From Octopus bimaculoides (taxonomy: Eukaryota), in contig NC_068981.1 in assembly GCF_001194135.2 (NCBI RefSeq), positions 160,370,722 through 160,434,721 of the forward strand: DNA of 64,000 bases, read 5' to 3'. Shown piece after piece: positions 62,563 through 64,000 of the stretch. Position 1 is the first letter of the stretch; every line of letters begins with the position of its first letter. The notes beneath the pieces were generated by a model that did no database searches, had not been told where the DNA came from, and was given only the letters and a program-made list of their open reading frames with translations. A program made the translations under genes and the position numbers.

Positions 62563-64000
62563 AATTTATTGTAGTCAAAATACACTACTAGTATTTAGGA
62601 GTTAGTCAACACATGATTGTTTTCTTTTAATGACTTAGTCAGAAGTAGTGAGTCTCTACTCATGACTTTTACAGGCTCTCCAAGATTGCTGAGATTGTTG
62701 TGATTTTTATGGTCAGCTTGAACATCAGCAGCATGAAAAGTGGGTTGGGGTAAAGGATTCCTGGGGATTAATATTTTAAGAAAGGGGAGATTGAACAAAG
62801 TGGTTGGCACAGCAGGGATGATGGGAGTGTTAGAAGTTGTTATGCAACTAGCTAGATAGAGAAATAGAAGTGATTGTTATAATGATAAAATAGGCAGCAT
62901 GTCTGTAGGCATGTCTGCAGTGTGTCAGCAAGTTAGTCCTTGTAAATCAGTAGAAAGGCCATTCTATGGATCCAGGTTTAGAGCATTTGTAGCCATGATG
63001 ATTGAGTAGTTAACATTCCTACCTACCAACCAGAAAGTCATGAATTTAAAAACCTGCTACTGTCATTGCAAAGCCAATAACTTGTCCTGCAGAGTAAATT
63101 TTCATTTCCAGCTCTTGGTTAAAAGATTGAAATGTAGAAAAACATCCAAATGTAAAAACACATTGTTAAACAATTTTTTTATTAGAATTATTCAATCCAT
63201 ACAACAAAAAACACTGTATGCTTTAGAGAAATATAAAACAAATTCTGTTTGTTATAATAGCCAACTTATTTAAAATATTCAATATGCTCTCAATTGTTAT
63301 GTGTATTGTTTGTAAATTATAATTAATGACTTAAAGAAAAATAATTTTATGTGTATGTATGTGTGCGGTCTGTTACTTTTCAAAGAATAATGGGTTTTTT
63401 TACAAAATATAAAATTTTATGTAACCCCATTGTCTTTAGCATTGTTTTATCAATTTAAAATATTCCATTCATTTTGATAAATTTTTTCGCCTGAATCCAT
63501 TGTAGTTTCTATAGCAACTGAAAGATATTTTTTGTTGTGTTTTTTGAGATAGATTTTTCTTATTATTTTTCCTAACACATTTTTAGATTATTAGCTATTT
63601 AAAAATTCCTCTCAGCTATTGCTATATATATATATATATATATATACAAGCGCACGCACACACACACACACATATATATATATTTGTCAATAACATTAAT
63701 AATATAGGTATTTCTATTCAATATTTAATGGCACTTCACATTCAGTCTAGTACATTGTAAACTTCATATACTATAGTTCATTTCTAAAATGATGCATTGG
63801 GTCAAAAAGGTCTACATCAAACAGTAGATGAAATAAAAGACAAATATTAATCTGTGTATATGTTTGTGTGTGTGTGTGTGTGCCATAACAGATAGCTAAT
63901 AAATCAGGATTACCAATAAATCAATAAGACATAAATAGATCTCTTCAGGAAATTTGAAAGATAAATAATTTCGAAATGCTTTAGATTCTATTAAAAGAAT

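Noticed and set aside
62595-62880. ~95-codon minus-strand open frame
   Set aside because: No recognisable motif or convincing splice sites.

Overview
Strongly AT-rich, repeat-dense animal genomic DNA from a draft assembly with three N-gaps. The SINE, RTE and microsatellite families look like those of octopus, but the species assignment is my inference from pattern recognition, not a database result. I cannot confidently identify any host protein-coding gene. At most there are a few short candidate exons on the + strand (11765-11830, 20818-20914, 22841-22921, 32966-33033, 56529-56686), so the window is probably intronic or intergenic. It is dominated by mobile DNA: several tRNA-headed SINE families, RTE LINE remnants and their 3' tails, a mariner with both TIRs, a probable Helitron, hAT and TTAA-type MITEs, and fragments resembling REL-endonuclease, Ingi/Vingi and Penelope retroelements, often nested inside each other. 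The most interesting structure is a ~510-bp head-to-head palindrome (15013-15525) of a tRNA-headed element whose tail carries a Penelope-type minimal hammerhead ribozyme motif in each arm. A second hammerhead motif with unrelated stems lies on the - strand at 52442-52486. Nearly all ORFs in the supplied track are microsatellite, N-gap or low-complexity artefacts, or pieces of decayed retrotransposons. SINE boundaries are approximate (read by eye).
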